DNA of 64,000 nt. It comes from Macrostomum lignano. Its lineage: Eukaryota. This document shows, one piece after another, positions 24,201 to 36,200 of this stretch. The stretch spans positions 620,001 to 684,000 of the forward strand of contig NIVC01000202.1 of assembly GCA_002269645.1 (NCBI GenBank). Reading direction: 5' to 3'. The position numbers and the translations under genes were made by a program. The notes beneath the pieces were generated by a model. It saw nothing but the letters and a program-made list of their open reading frames with translations. It was not told the origin of the DNA and searched no databases. Positions within the stretch are counted from its first letter, which is position 1. Each line of letters opens with the position of its first letter.

Positions 24201-26072
24201 GAGGATGTCAGATCCCCTACGAGAGGATGTCAGATCCCCTATGAGGATTTCAGATCCCCTACGAGAGGATGTCAGATCCCCTACGAGAGGATGTCAGATC
24301 CCCTACGAGAGGATGTCAGATCCCCTACGAGAGGATGTCAGATTCCCTACGAGAGGATGTCAGATTCCCTACGAGAAGATGTCAGATCCCCTACGAGAGG
24401 ATGTCAGATCCCCTACGAGAGGATGTCAGATCCCTACGAGAGGATGTCAGATCCCCTACGAGAGGATGTCAGATCCCCTACGAGAGGATGTCAGATCCCC
24501 TACGAGAGGATGTCAGATCCCCTACGAGAGGATGTCAGATCCCCTACGAGAGGATGTCAGATTCCCTACGAGAGGATGTCAGATTCCCTACGAGAGGATG
24601 TCAGATTCCCTACGAGAGGATGTCAGATCCCCTACGAGAGGATGTCAGATCCCCTACGAGAGGATGTCAGATTCCCTACGAGAGGATGTCAGATTCCCTA
24701 CGAGAGGATGTCAGATTCCCTAAAAGAGATTGTCAGGGTCTCCGACGAGAGTGTCAGGACTTCCACTATGTTGTCAGATCTCTGAATTAGGAATTTTCAA
24801 CTTCAAAATAGTGAATGTTGTCAGGTTAATCAATTTTGAATAAATTTCAAATTTCAAGTAACTCAAACGAAATGCAGTGCGGTGTTGCTCAGAAAAATGA
24901 TTGACAGAGTACAGAGACAGACAGTGGTTAATGAGGGCAGACTTTGTGGATCGGATGGCACCGCTTGCGTGACTGCATCCGGGAACGAAAAAGCTTTCTA
25001 TTTTTGTATTTTAACCATCTTTTTACTTTGCCTCGGTCGAAATAAACCGCAAATCTCTCCAACTCCCCGCCCACGCGCAGGCCAGTACTACTGCCTCAAC
25101 ATGGGCATCATCACCCTATCCACCTTCCTGTCTGTCATTGTGGTGAATTTTCACTTCCGCGGCGACAACAGGCAGGAGGTGCCGCGCTGGCTCAAAAAGG
25201 TGAGCCGCTGTGTTGCGAACGCAGTATTGCCAAATACAGCGGGAATTCCTTACACCATGGTTAGCTAGTTTGAAGGGGCCGTAACCCAGTGGTCTGGCGC
25301 CGCTCTTATGTTGCAGAGGATATTCCAAGTGCAGTCACTTTAATTTGGGGCAAAATTGGAATCTCGGCTTGGCTCTGCTCGTGCAATTAACGGCCTAGAG
25401 GGCCAACCCCCAAGGCACAGTGAAGTGTACATGCCTGTGTTGTTCGAAGCTTTTGTGTTCAGTCGAACCGCCCCTGCACCGCACGCTCGCCCGCAGCTGG
25501 CCATCGAGCACGGAGCTCGCATGCTCTTTGTGACCTTGGCGGCCAAGCCCCAGCCGCAGCAGCAACAGCAACAGCAGCAACAGAAGCAGCAAAAGCAACA
25601 GACAGAGTTTCAATTACGGCAGATGCAGCAGACTCAGCAGCAGCAGCAGCTGCTCTCTTCGGCACCTCCCTACAGCTACGGCCGGGTCAACGGCGCCTCG
25701 GTGCAGCCGAACATGTCGCAGCAGCTGCTGCTGTCGCAGTCAAATCCTTTAGGCTACTTGAACTGTCAGCAGCAGCCGCTGATGGCGCCAGCCCTGCTAG
25801 CGATGGAGCCGATAGCCAGACGAAAGCTGAACACCCTGGCCAAGGACCTGCGAGACATTGTCAAAGCTCTGCGCTACATTCAACGACTGCACGAAGGCAA
25901 AGAACGGGTCGGTCGCACCGTGCAAGAGTGGCGCTCGGTTGCCATGGTGCTCGACAGGCTGTTCTTTGTCATCTACTTCGTCACCATAGTGATGTCGATC
26001 GTGGTCTACTACCCCAAAGAGGGCAACGAGATTGTGCCGGGTGTCATTCCCAACGACACGAACGTGTCGTAA
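18230..26072 (+). CDS. Cys-loop ligand-gated ion channel, nicotinic acetylcholine receptor alpha-type subunit of the anion-selective (ACh-gated chloride channel) clade, about 583 aa
   Basis: Exons 18230-18266, 20677-21044, 22240-22349, 22661-22834, 23199-23479, 23991-24077, 25081-25199, 25497-26072 join in frame (1752 nt). Signal peptide [17 protein letters not shown]; [12 protein letters not shown]; Cys-loop [15 protein letters not shown]; WTYDG; loop C YPCCPEPY; M1-M2 [20 protein letters not shown]; M4 [16 protein letters not shown]. The first exon is less certain than the rest. Confidence 0.92.
18285..18945. repeat. Intronic minisatellite, 26 bp (GACTGACGGAGGTTGAACCATTGAGT)
   Basis: Receptor intron 1. 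Confidence 0.95.
19706..20560. repeat. Intronic minisatellite, 33 bp (CTGATGTCTCACTGTCTACTTGTGCCATTCTAT)
   Basis: Receptor intron 1. Confidence 0.97.
21060..21965. repeat. Intronic minisatellite, ~29-31 bp (GTTATATCTGTTATATCCCTGATTCTGGTGT family)
   Basis: Receptor intron 2. Confidence 0.92.
22905..23110. repeat. Degenerate tandem repeat (TTAGCAACC..TTTCAGAGC.TTCCAAGAAACCCT..TAGCGCCC)
   Basis: About four imperfect units in receptor intron 4. Confidence 0.75.
23617..23735. repeat. 16-bp tandem repeat (TTGTGAAGCTTCGAGC)
   Basis: Receptor intron 5. Confidence 0.9.
24135..24730. repeat. Intronic minisatellite, 22 bp (GAGAGGATGTCAGATCCCCTAC)
   Basis: Receptor intron 6. Confidence 0.97.
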
Positions 26073-26254
26073 GATCCAGCACTCAGGGATGGCTCACGCG
26101 TCACGCTCATAGACCTCAGCCGTTTGCATGCTTGTTGCTAGGCAGGTTTTGTTACGACTTATTTTGTTTTTGGTCAAAGCCATTAATGCCAGTCCCAGGG
26201 ACTCAAGGCCTGATACAGTGTAAAGTTGCCAGAAGGTCGTTAAGAAGGTCGCAG

Positions 26255-26503
26255 AACCGACAGCTCAGCCGCAGCTATTGCGCGGCGCATCTGAAGGCTG
26301 CGTACGGCTGATCAATTCAAAGACTGAGGGGTCGCCACACACAGCCTCAATTACCCCAGCTAATGCTGGCACCCATTTTACAGCTGGGTGAACTGAAGCA
26401 ATGCAGAGTCAAGTGTCTTGCTCAAGGACACAAATTGTCCCGACTGGGTCGGGAATCGAACCCCCGGCCTTTCAGTCATGAGTCCGACGCTCTAACCACT
26501 AGG
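26255..26503 (-). mobile_element. tRNA-derived SINE, copy 2 (about 180 nt after the receptor stop codon)
   Basis: Near-identical to copy 1 over ~250 nt. Confidence 0.85.
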
Positions 26504-28794
26504 TAGATTGTGCATGCATGTAGGTCTTGGATGCGTGCGGAGATCCGCTATTTGGGTCCCGAAATTTCAGGGAGGGTCTGACTAAGACAGTTATCTTAAT
26601 TAAAATCTTCAGCCAAGATATCTGATGGCTACTCGATGGCTCTGTATATATATTGCTTGCCTGCAGAGGGCACAACATTCATTATACTAAAGTGTGTCTG
26701 TGTTTCTGCAAGCACCAAGTCGTGTACACGTCAGCTGAACACTTCCTATTACACTGTACCATCATTGATTTTCCGTTGCGTAGTGTGCGTTGCTAGATTC
26801 AAAGCCCATTAATTTATAATCGCAATCGCTTCAATTCTGCAGGTTGTAGCTGCAGGGTAGAGCAGCCCCCCTCCAGCTTGGTTCTTTCGTATTTCAACGC
26901 GCTTTTGCTTTTTAGCCCTGTTCTTTTTCTCATTTTTCTGCTGTTGTGAAAGCAATCAATTTTAAGCCGCTTTAGCAGCAGTAGCACGAGTGTTTTTCCC
27001 GCACCCTAAATTAAGCCCCCAGCCCAGCAAAACGATGCAAAATAAGTAAAACTGCTTTGCATTGAGCAGTTAGCAACATATGGCCTCTGAAAACTCTTCT
27101 GTTTCTAAACTTCATTTTCTATTCATTCAAACAAAATAGCAGTTCACGACTGGCATTTTTGTAAACTATGAACAGCTGTCGTGAACTGCTATTAAAAGTT
27201 AGAACGCAGTAGCTTAATATTCAACGTACGTATTGTTATGTATAAGCATAATGTGAAAGCTTACGTGACGCATGCAATTAAATCTATTATCAAAATAAAC
27301 AGGTTGTCACAAGCACCCAGTCCCAGACGCCAATAGATTCTCAATAGATATTAGCTATATAGTATGCTTGCAGTTGAATTCGGTCTTTTTAATTGTATCT
27401 GATTGATAGTGAAGCTACCTGGGTTCGAATCTGGATCCACACAATTCTGCACGAGAGCCAGGGAAACTCAACAGCATTGATGTTGTACAGAAGCTGAAAC
27501 CAACTCTCACAACTGAGCATTACAGCCCTCTCAAAGATTTTCAGGCGAAGCAATTTAGATTTAATCCAAGCCGCTTACACCCTAGCCTAGAAATGCAGTT
27601 TTACGGCCAACTAGCCAGACTTATACACGAGAGGACACAGAGAGCTGGGCACGCCAGATTTGATCAGCGAGTACTCCTCATTCGCAGCCAGAGATCTGGG
27701 AGAGAAGGGGAAGGAATTAATATAAAAATTTTCTTAATCCAGAATGAGATGCGCTGCTTGGCAGGGTGATGGAGCTGGGGAAGGGGGCGGCCGTGAGCTC
27801 GAGTGGAAAATCCGATTTCGCCGCGGTTCCGAACGAGCCTTGGCAACAAGAATTCTGAGCAGGGATGATAATATAAGGAATAGGGAATAATATAAGGAGT
27901 ATACACCTAGATAAAATGTATGGGTAACAGACTACTGATAGTAAAGTAATTAGCAAAGTTGCTTTAGTAAAACTTCTGGTTTAAAATTTCGGGATACGAA
28001 TTTATTCAACACCCAGGTATTAATTAAAAAAGAAAAATTAAAGAGTTACAGATAAAATTGAAATTAATGAAGAACAAATGTTTTAAAGGACGCAGAAAGC
28101 AGCAGACTGACAAATACTATAGTTAAAAGCACTGGATTTAGGATGGCATTTGTAAAAATATTATTATACAAGCTTTCAAACCTATAATATGCTATGCTAA
28201 TTGATCATTGTTATTACTACATATTATTTGTCTGTGACCAGGTTATCTACAAAGCAGTGCGAATATAAGCTAGACTTGTCACTGACCAGAGTAATATATA
28301 AAGGGCGAATAGTTAAAAAAAAATAAAGTGCGTCTCTTCCTACTCTTAGTAGGCAAGAAGCATATTTTATTTTGTTGAAAACAAAAAAATTACATGTAAA
28401 ATCCACTAGCTTAATCTGAACTGGGTGGGCTTCGACAGTATATATGAACAATATCGGAGTTCCTGTTTGAAAAAAAGATAGCATTGTTTTGAAAAAAAGA
28501 GAAAAAATTAATCATTACATAGGCTATCTTTATATTTGTAAATAGTATAAGAATCACATGTATGTTATTCAATGAAAAAAATGTAAACAAAGAGTTATGC
28601 TTTAGATCGAAATCTAAGATTTTAACCACAAACAATTACTGGTGATGACGTAATGGATATTTACGACATAGGCTCGCGGCAAAACAGAACAATTGCAAAG
28701 CATTTCTTAGATGTGAAAAAATAAAAAGTGGAAGTCAAAATGCCTCAAAGTTTGAGGCATTTCATTTTTTGGCTGCGCAATCCAGCCATGCAGG

Positions 28795-30122
28795 AAGCAG
28801 GAGTCCTCTGAAGCATTGGGGGGGGGCAGCGGAGTCCTCTGAAGCATTGGGGGGGGGGCAGCGGAGTCCTCTGAAGCATTGGGGGGGGGGCAGCGGAGTC
28901 CTCTGAAGCATTGGGGGGGGGGCAGCGGAGTCCTCTGAAGCATTGGGGGGTCAGCGGAGTCCTCTGAAGCATTGGGGGGGGGCAGCGGAGTCCTCTGAAG
29001 CATTGGGGGGGGCAGCGGAGTCCTCTGAAGCATTGGGGGGGGGCAGCGGAGTCCTCTGAAGCATTGGGGGGGGGCAGCGGAGTCCTCTGAAGCATTGGGG
29101 AGGGGGCAGCGGAGTCCTCTGAAGCATTGGGGGGTCAGCGGAGTCCTCTGAAGCATTGGGGAGGGGGCAGCGGAGTCCTCTGAAGCATTGGGGTGGGGGG
29201 GGCAGCGGAGTCCTCTGAAGCATTGGGGGGGGGGCAGCGGAGTCCTCTGAAGCATTGAAGGGGCAGCGGAGTCCTCTGAAGCATTGGGGTGGGGGGCAGC
29301 AGCGCCCTCTGAAGCATTGGGGTGGGGGGGCAGCAGCGCCCACTGAAGCATTGGGGTGGGGAGCAGCGCCCACTGAAGCATTGGGGTGGGGGGCAGCGCC
29401 CACTGAAGCATTGGGGTGGGGAGCAGCGCCCTCTGAAGCATTGGGGTGGGGAGCAGCACCCTCTGAAGCATTGGGGTGGGGGGCAGCAGCGTCCTCTGAA
29501 GCATTGGGGTGGGGGGGGCAGCAGCGTCCTCTGAAGCATTGGGGTGGGGGGGGGCAGCAGCGCCCTCTGAAGCATTGGGGTGGGGGGGGGCAGCAGCGCC
29601 CTCTGAAGCATTGGGGTGTGGGGGGGGGCAGCAGCGCCCTCTGAAGCATTGGGGTGGGGGGCAGCGCCCACTGAAGCATTGGGGTGGGGAGCAGCGCCCT
29701 CTGAAGCATTGGGGTGGGGAGCAGCACCCTCTGAAGCATTGGGGTGGGGGGGCAGCAGCGTCCTCTGAAGCATTGGGGTGGGGGGGGCAGCAGCGTCCTC
29801 TGAAGCATTGGGGTGGGGGGCAGCAGCGTCCTCTGAAGCATTGGGGTGGGGGGGCAGCAGCGCCCTCTGAAGCATTGGGGTGGGGGGGGGCAGCAGCGCC
29901 CTCTGAAGCATTGGGGTGGGGGGGGCAGCAGCGCCCTCTGAAGCATTGGGGTGTGGGGGGGGGGCAGCAGCGCCCTCTGAAGCATTGGGGTGGGGAGCAG
30001 CGCCCTCTGAAGCATTGGGGTGGGGGGGGGGCAGCAGCGCCCTCTGAAGCATTGGGGTGTGGGGGGGGCAGCAGCGCCCTCTGAAGCATTGGGGTGGGGA
30101 GCAGCGCCCTCTGAAGCATTGC
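28795..30122. repeat. G-rich minisatellite with variable G runs (CTCTGAAGCATTGGGG(G)nGCAGC..), two subtypes
   Basis: Begins ~80 nt after the Vav stop codon. Confidence 0.97.
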
Positions 30123-30200
30123 CCCACCCCCCGCCCAATTAGCAACATTACGCAAGCTAGTCACGCACACAATCACCGGTCCCTGACCAGTTGCCAGGCG

Positions 30201-33200
30201 TCACTCCGCGGAGGGCTGAGCACTGATTGGGCCAACACAGTCGGCAGGGAAAAGTCCAACCTGACTGTTGAGCTTCCGCCCGGACCAGAGGCTGCCCTCC
30301 TGCGACAGCACGGCGACAACCTCACCGGCGCTCAGGCTGATGTGACCAGCCGAAGGCGGGGCACTGTACTCGCGAATCACCGGCGCCCAGCCGATGACGC
30401 TGCCGGAGGAGCTGCGCACCGACTGGCGGGCCGACTGGCGCTGCTGGGCTTTGTAGGGAATTTCTAGTAAACAGTCCAGCTCGCGGAAGCACTCACGAAG
30501 GCTGTTCGAGCTGGAGAGGGGAATAAGTATAAATAAAGAGATGGTTTTTGACAGCTGCTGAATGCAAACCTGATAACTTAGGGCCCTGGATGAGTGTTAA
30601 TCCCTGTTTTTAATGCCTGAGATACCAGTTAATTAAAATATGAGATTTTTCAGATGCCTGGAGTCCCCGTTCTCTAATTAGAGATGCCTGGAGTCCCCGT
30701 TCCCTAATTAGAGATGCCTGGAGTCCCCGTTCCCTAAATAGAAATGCCTGGAGTCCCCGTTCCCTAAATAGAAATGCCTGGAGTCCCCGTTCTCTAATTA
30801 GAGATGCCTGGAGTCCCTGTTCCCTAATTAGAGATGCCTGGAGTCCCGTTCCCTAATTAGAGATGCCTGGAGTCCCTGTTATCTAATTAGAGATGCCTGG
30901 AGTCCCCGTTCTCTAATTAGAGATGCCTGGAGTCCCTGTTATCTAATTAGAGATGCCTGGAGTCCCCGTTCCCTAATGAGAGATACCTGGAGTCCCTGTT
31001 ATCTAATTAGAGATGCCTGGAGTCCCCGTTCCCTAATTAGAGATGCCTGGAGTCCCCGTTCCCTAATTAGAGATGCCTGGAGTCCCCGTTCCCTAATTAG
31101 AGATGCCTGGAGTCCCCGTTCTCTAATTAGAGATGCCTGGAGTCCCCGTTCCCTAATTAGAGATGCCTGGAGTCCCCGTTCCCTAATGAGAGATACCTGG
31201 AGTCCCTGTTATCTAATTAGAGATGCCTGGAGTCCCCGTTCCCTAATTAGAGATGCCTGGAGTCCCCGTTCTCTAATTAGAGATGCCTGGAGTCCCCGTT
31301 CTCTAATTAGAGATGCCTGGAGTCCCAGTTTCCCAATCAGTTATGCCCGAAATGCCAGTTACTAGTTAAAGCAAATTGCCAAACCATCAAAGCAGACTCA
31401 CGAATAATAGGTAATCAACTCTGGCACTGTGGCGAAATTCATATTCTCGCCCAGCTTATAGCCGTCAGCAGATCTGAGCACTCGCATGTGCTTGACAGTG
31501 TCTTTACAACGCAAGGACACTGCGTACTCTCCGTTGCCCTGGCTCTCCCGCACCAGATAGGTGCCGACCGGCATAGGCATGAGAGCGTCTTTAGCGTCAT
31601 CCCTGACCATGACGCCGACATAGTAGTCCGACCAGACTGGCGGGCCGCTGCTGACGACGGAGGCTCTCGGCTGCTGCACACCCGACGCTGGGGCTGCTGC
31701 GGCGGCGGCGACGACCCGACCTGGTGAGATTGGCGACCGGGGACTGCCGGTGGGCTCCGGCATCGTCGGTGCCACGTAGCTGATGGTGTCGCGTCGAACG
31801 GGACCGGCGCCTAGCGCCGGACTGCGCGGCGGCGCCGGCGATATCAGCGACTGCGGCCGGGAGCTGCTGGGCACGGCCACGCCTGGCGCAACAAGGGTGG
31901 AGATGAGAATCCATCCGATCCATAGTGTTCTAAATTCTGCTTTAAATATGCTTTACGGAAACTTTGCTGGCTTAAAACGATTGTTTGCTGCAATACGCAA
32001 GTAGTCAGGCCCATTGAGCTGGCCTCTGAGCAACACGCACACCGACCTACTTAGAGATACCTGGAACACCTGTTTTCTAATTAGAAATACCTGATATCCC
32101 TGTTCTCCAATTAAATATACCTGGAACACTTGTTTTCTAACTGGAGATACCTCGAATTCCTGTTCCCTAATTAGAGATACCTGGAATTTTTCTCCCTGGT
32201 TAGAGATGCCTGAAACCCCTGTTCCCAAAATAGAGACGCCTGGAATCCCTGTTACCCGATGAGAGATGCCTGGAATCCCTGTTACCCGATGAGAGATGCC
32301 TGGAATCCCTGTTACCCGATGAGAGATGCCTGGAATCCCTGTTACCCGATGAGAGATGCCTGGAATCCCTGTTACCCGATGAGAGATGCCTGGAATCCCT
32401 GTTACCCGATGAGAGATGCCTGGAATCCCTGTTACCCGATGAGAGATGCCTGGAATCCCTGTTACCCGATGAGAGATGCCTGGAATCCCTGTTACCCGAT
32501 GAGAGATGCCTGGAATCCCTGTTACCCGATGAGAGATGCCTGGAATCCCTGTTACCCGATGAGAGATGCCTGGAATCCCTGTTACCCGATGAGAGATGCC
32601 TGGAATCCCTGTTACCCGATGAGAGATGCCTGGAATCCCTGTTACCCGATGAGAGATGCCTGGAATCCTTGTTACCCGATGAGAGATGCCTGGAATCCCT
32701 GTTACCCGATGAGAGATGCCTGGAATCCCTGTTACCCGATGAGAGATGCCTGGAATCCCTGTTACCCGATGAGAGATGCCTGGAATCCCTGTTACCCGAT
32801 GAGAGATGCCTGGAATCCCTGTTACCCGATGAGAGATGCCTGGAATCCCTGTTACCCGATTAGAGACTCTCGCTTAGATGCCACATGCTCACACAGGGTG
32901 TACACAGAAGCCCTGACTATCTCATTGACAGACATGTACACACTCTGTGCCTTGAGCCGGGGGGGGGGTGGGCTCATGGGTGTGAATCGCACGAAAACGC
33001 CCCGACCAAATGACCAATTTTCAAGTGAATGACAAATTTCAAGTGATTTAATCACTTAGTCAATTAATTTGACTCCCTCATTAAAACCTACCGTGATTAT
33101 TAGCGGACGGCGGCGCAATAACCGACGTAGGAATGCACTGTTTGTGCACAACGTGGCCAGACTTGCGACACTTGTAGCCCTGAAAGAAGCAACCGTGTAT

Positions 33201-36200
33201 GAGCTTATTGCACACGGTGCACATAGCCGGCGGATCGAGGGTTCGCCTCTCGAAAAAATAGCCGTTGCAATTGTAGTTCGCCGGCGCCACGTCGTCTTTG
33301 GCGCGTTGGAAAGCCTCGAGCCAGCGAGTTCGGGTCTCCCGAGTCTTGGCCAGGAACAGGTAGTTCACCCGGTCCGGCTGGTCCTTGGGCGAGGGGGTGG
33401 ACGAGCTGGAGGCGGGAGAGGCTGAGCCAGACTGCTGCTGCAGCTGCTCAGACACCAGGAATGCCCAAGTCCATTTGCCATCGCTTGAGGAGCTGGACAG
33501 CACCGAGGATGTGGTGGATCGATTGCCAGCCGGGCCAGAGGCGGACGAGTTGGCCAGCTGGTTAGGCGAGGCCAGGTCCACCTCCCGGATGAAGAGGTTG
33601 GGCTTGACAGCGAATGCGGTCTTGAAGGTGAGGCCTGGCCGCGGCTTAGCCATCATGAACATCCGGGTCCAGAGGAAGCAGACCCGCAGCTTGCTGCTCC
33701 CGTTCGGCTTGCTGACGTCGTTAGCAATGCGGAGGTCGCCGTCCTGTTCCAGACGGCCATAGTCAATCAGACGAAGACTGCCAGGCATATCCAAGCTGCT
33801 GATCTGATGTATTCGGGCGCGAGATGAGAGGCTATTAAGCGAAACTGGTCTTTGCGTTTCTTAGAAAAATATTGAAGGTTGGCTCTCATTGTTTCCGAAA
33901 CATAAATAGCGATTGTTTTTATTTATTGAAACCACAAATTTGTACACCAAATACATGGACTTCTCTAGCTAGCATCTGGACTGGAGAAGTCTACAACATG
34001 AGGCAATGGTAGGCCAAGGAGTTTCATATTAGCATCTGGAGTGGAAAGAAAAGCGCACTTTGTCATTCTAGGTAGCTTAAGAGGACAGCCTGTTGTAGTT
34101 GCTCGCGCTTATTTTGCAGCATGGTAAAAAAATGCAATGCTTTCAAATACAGTTCGAAGAAACCCTTCTGACTTATTAATTAATAAAAAATGAAAAGTTA
34201 CTAACAACTTTTGCTGTTCTTTTTGTCTATATTGGAGTAGCCTCATTGCATGCGTGTCCTTATTAGATAAAAGTGAAAAACTCGTTTCCAGTCCAGATTC
34301 TAATTTTAGAACTCCTTGCACCAATTCAAAAAATATATATTCAAGTTTCGATTTCGTTTCATTTCGAGTTGTAGAAGACTCAGGGGCGGAGCCTTCTTGT
34401 CCAGATTCTAATTTTAGAACTCCTTGCACCAATTCAAAAAATATATATTCAAGTTTCGATTTCGTTTCATTTCGAGTTGTAGAAGACTCAGGGGCGGAGC
34501 CTTCTAGTCCAGATGCTAACTGGAGAAGTCCATGCTCTTTAGTAATAACAATACTATATGCCTGTGACAAAAAAGCGCATTCGTCTATGGCCAAAACGGT
34601 TTTACGAGCTAAAATTTCAAACAGAGTAAACTGGCTGATGTTTTATCGAAGGAACGTGAAATAATTTTTTATTATTGTTCTGTGACTCTGGACAATTAAT
34701 AAACAATATATTAATAGTATTGAATCGTTTATCGTACATGCCAGAAATTGTACTGAGTGCCTTTCCAACTGACAAAGTGTTGCCACATATTGTAAAAAAT
34801 ACTCGTATTTAAACAACTATTTCCTTATAATTGACTAGACGCATTCCGAAGCGCGCATATCACAAGAGCGCACTGGCATAAGCGCATCCACACATGAGCG
34901 CACTGGCGCAAGTGACAACGAACAAGTCCACAATGCGAGTGCACAAGTAGCCTTAAATGTATACGTACACGTACGAATACTGGTATGACAAAGATTGCGG
35001 ACAAAGACTGCGCGCTTATGACACTGCGCGATTATGATACTGCGCGCTTTTAACACAGAGGAGTCCCTATGACACTGCACTTTTGACACTGCGCTTATTA
35101 CACTGTGCGCTTTTGACACCGCGCTTATGACACCGCGCTTATGACACTGCGCGCTTTTGACACTGTGCGCTTATGATACTGCGCGCTTATGACACTGCGC
35201 GCTTGTGACACTGAGCCCCTATGACACTGCGCGCTTTTGACACTGTGCGCTTATGATACTGCGCGCTTATGACACTGCGCGCTTGTGACACTGAGCCCCT
35301 ATGACACTGCGCGCTTATGACACTGCGCGCTTATGACACTGCGCGCTTATGACACTGCGCGCTTATGACACTGCGCGCTTATGACACTGCGCGCTTATGA
35401 CACTGCGCGCTTATGACACTGCGCGCTTATGACACTGCGCGCTTATGACACTGCGCGCTTGTGACACTGAGCCCCTATGACACTGCGCGCTTATGACACT
35501 GCGCGCTTATGACACTGAGCGCTTGTGACACTGAGCCCCTATGACACTGCGCGCTTGTGACACTGAGCCCCTATGACACTGCGCGCTTATGACACTGCGC
35601 GCTTATGACACTGCGCGCTTATGACACTGCGCGCTTGTGACACTGAGCGCTTGTGACACTGAGCCCCTATGACACTGCGCGCTTATGACACTGAGCGCTT
35701 GTGACACTGAGCCCCTATGACACTGCGCGCTTGTGACACTGAGCCCCTATGACACTGCGCGCTTATGACACTGCGCGCTTATGACACTGCGCGCTTATGA
35801 CACTGCGCGCTTGTGACACTGAGCCCCTATGACACTGCGCGCTTATGCAGCGCATCCTATTTAATAAGCTATAAGTTATGTTTCATTTAGTAAGGTTGTA
35901 AAAATCCGTAAAATAAAACATCACTATTAAGACTAATATTATTATTAGCTAGTAGTAGTATAGCGAGCGTTTGAACAACATTATCATAAGAGAATTGAAG
36001 AAACAGTTCGACTTCGTTTAATAAAATGCTTATAGAATGCACTAAAAAAGATACTCTAAATGCTTATAAAATGAAATGGCAAAAATGACGAGTAAATAAA
36101 TGATAGATTCTATTCACGATATCAATAATACATTAAAAACCCACACTGCGTCGTGGCTTGGACTTTCTGCCAAGCGAGAAATCCGCTAGTGGCAATATCT

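Noticed and set aside
27400-27450. tRNA gene suggested by GGTTCGAATC
   Set aside because: B-box-like only; no A box at the right spacing and no cloverleaf.
28707-30176. Pro-rich 300-490 aa ORFs
   Set aside because: G/C-run minisatellite with length-variable homopolymers and no consistent frame.
32259-33032. MRDAWNPCYP repeat ORF, and similar ORFs at 24112-24790, 40099-41053 and 53016-53887
   Set aside because: Perfect tandem DNA repeats in introns; no codon-level divergence pattern.
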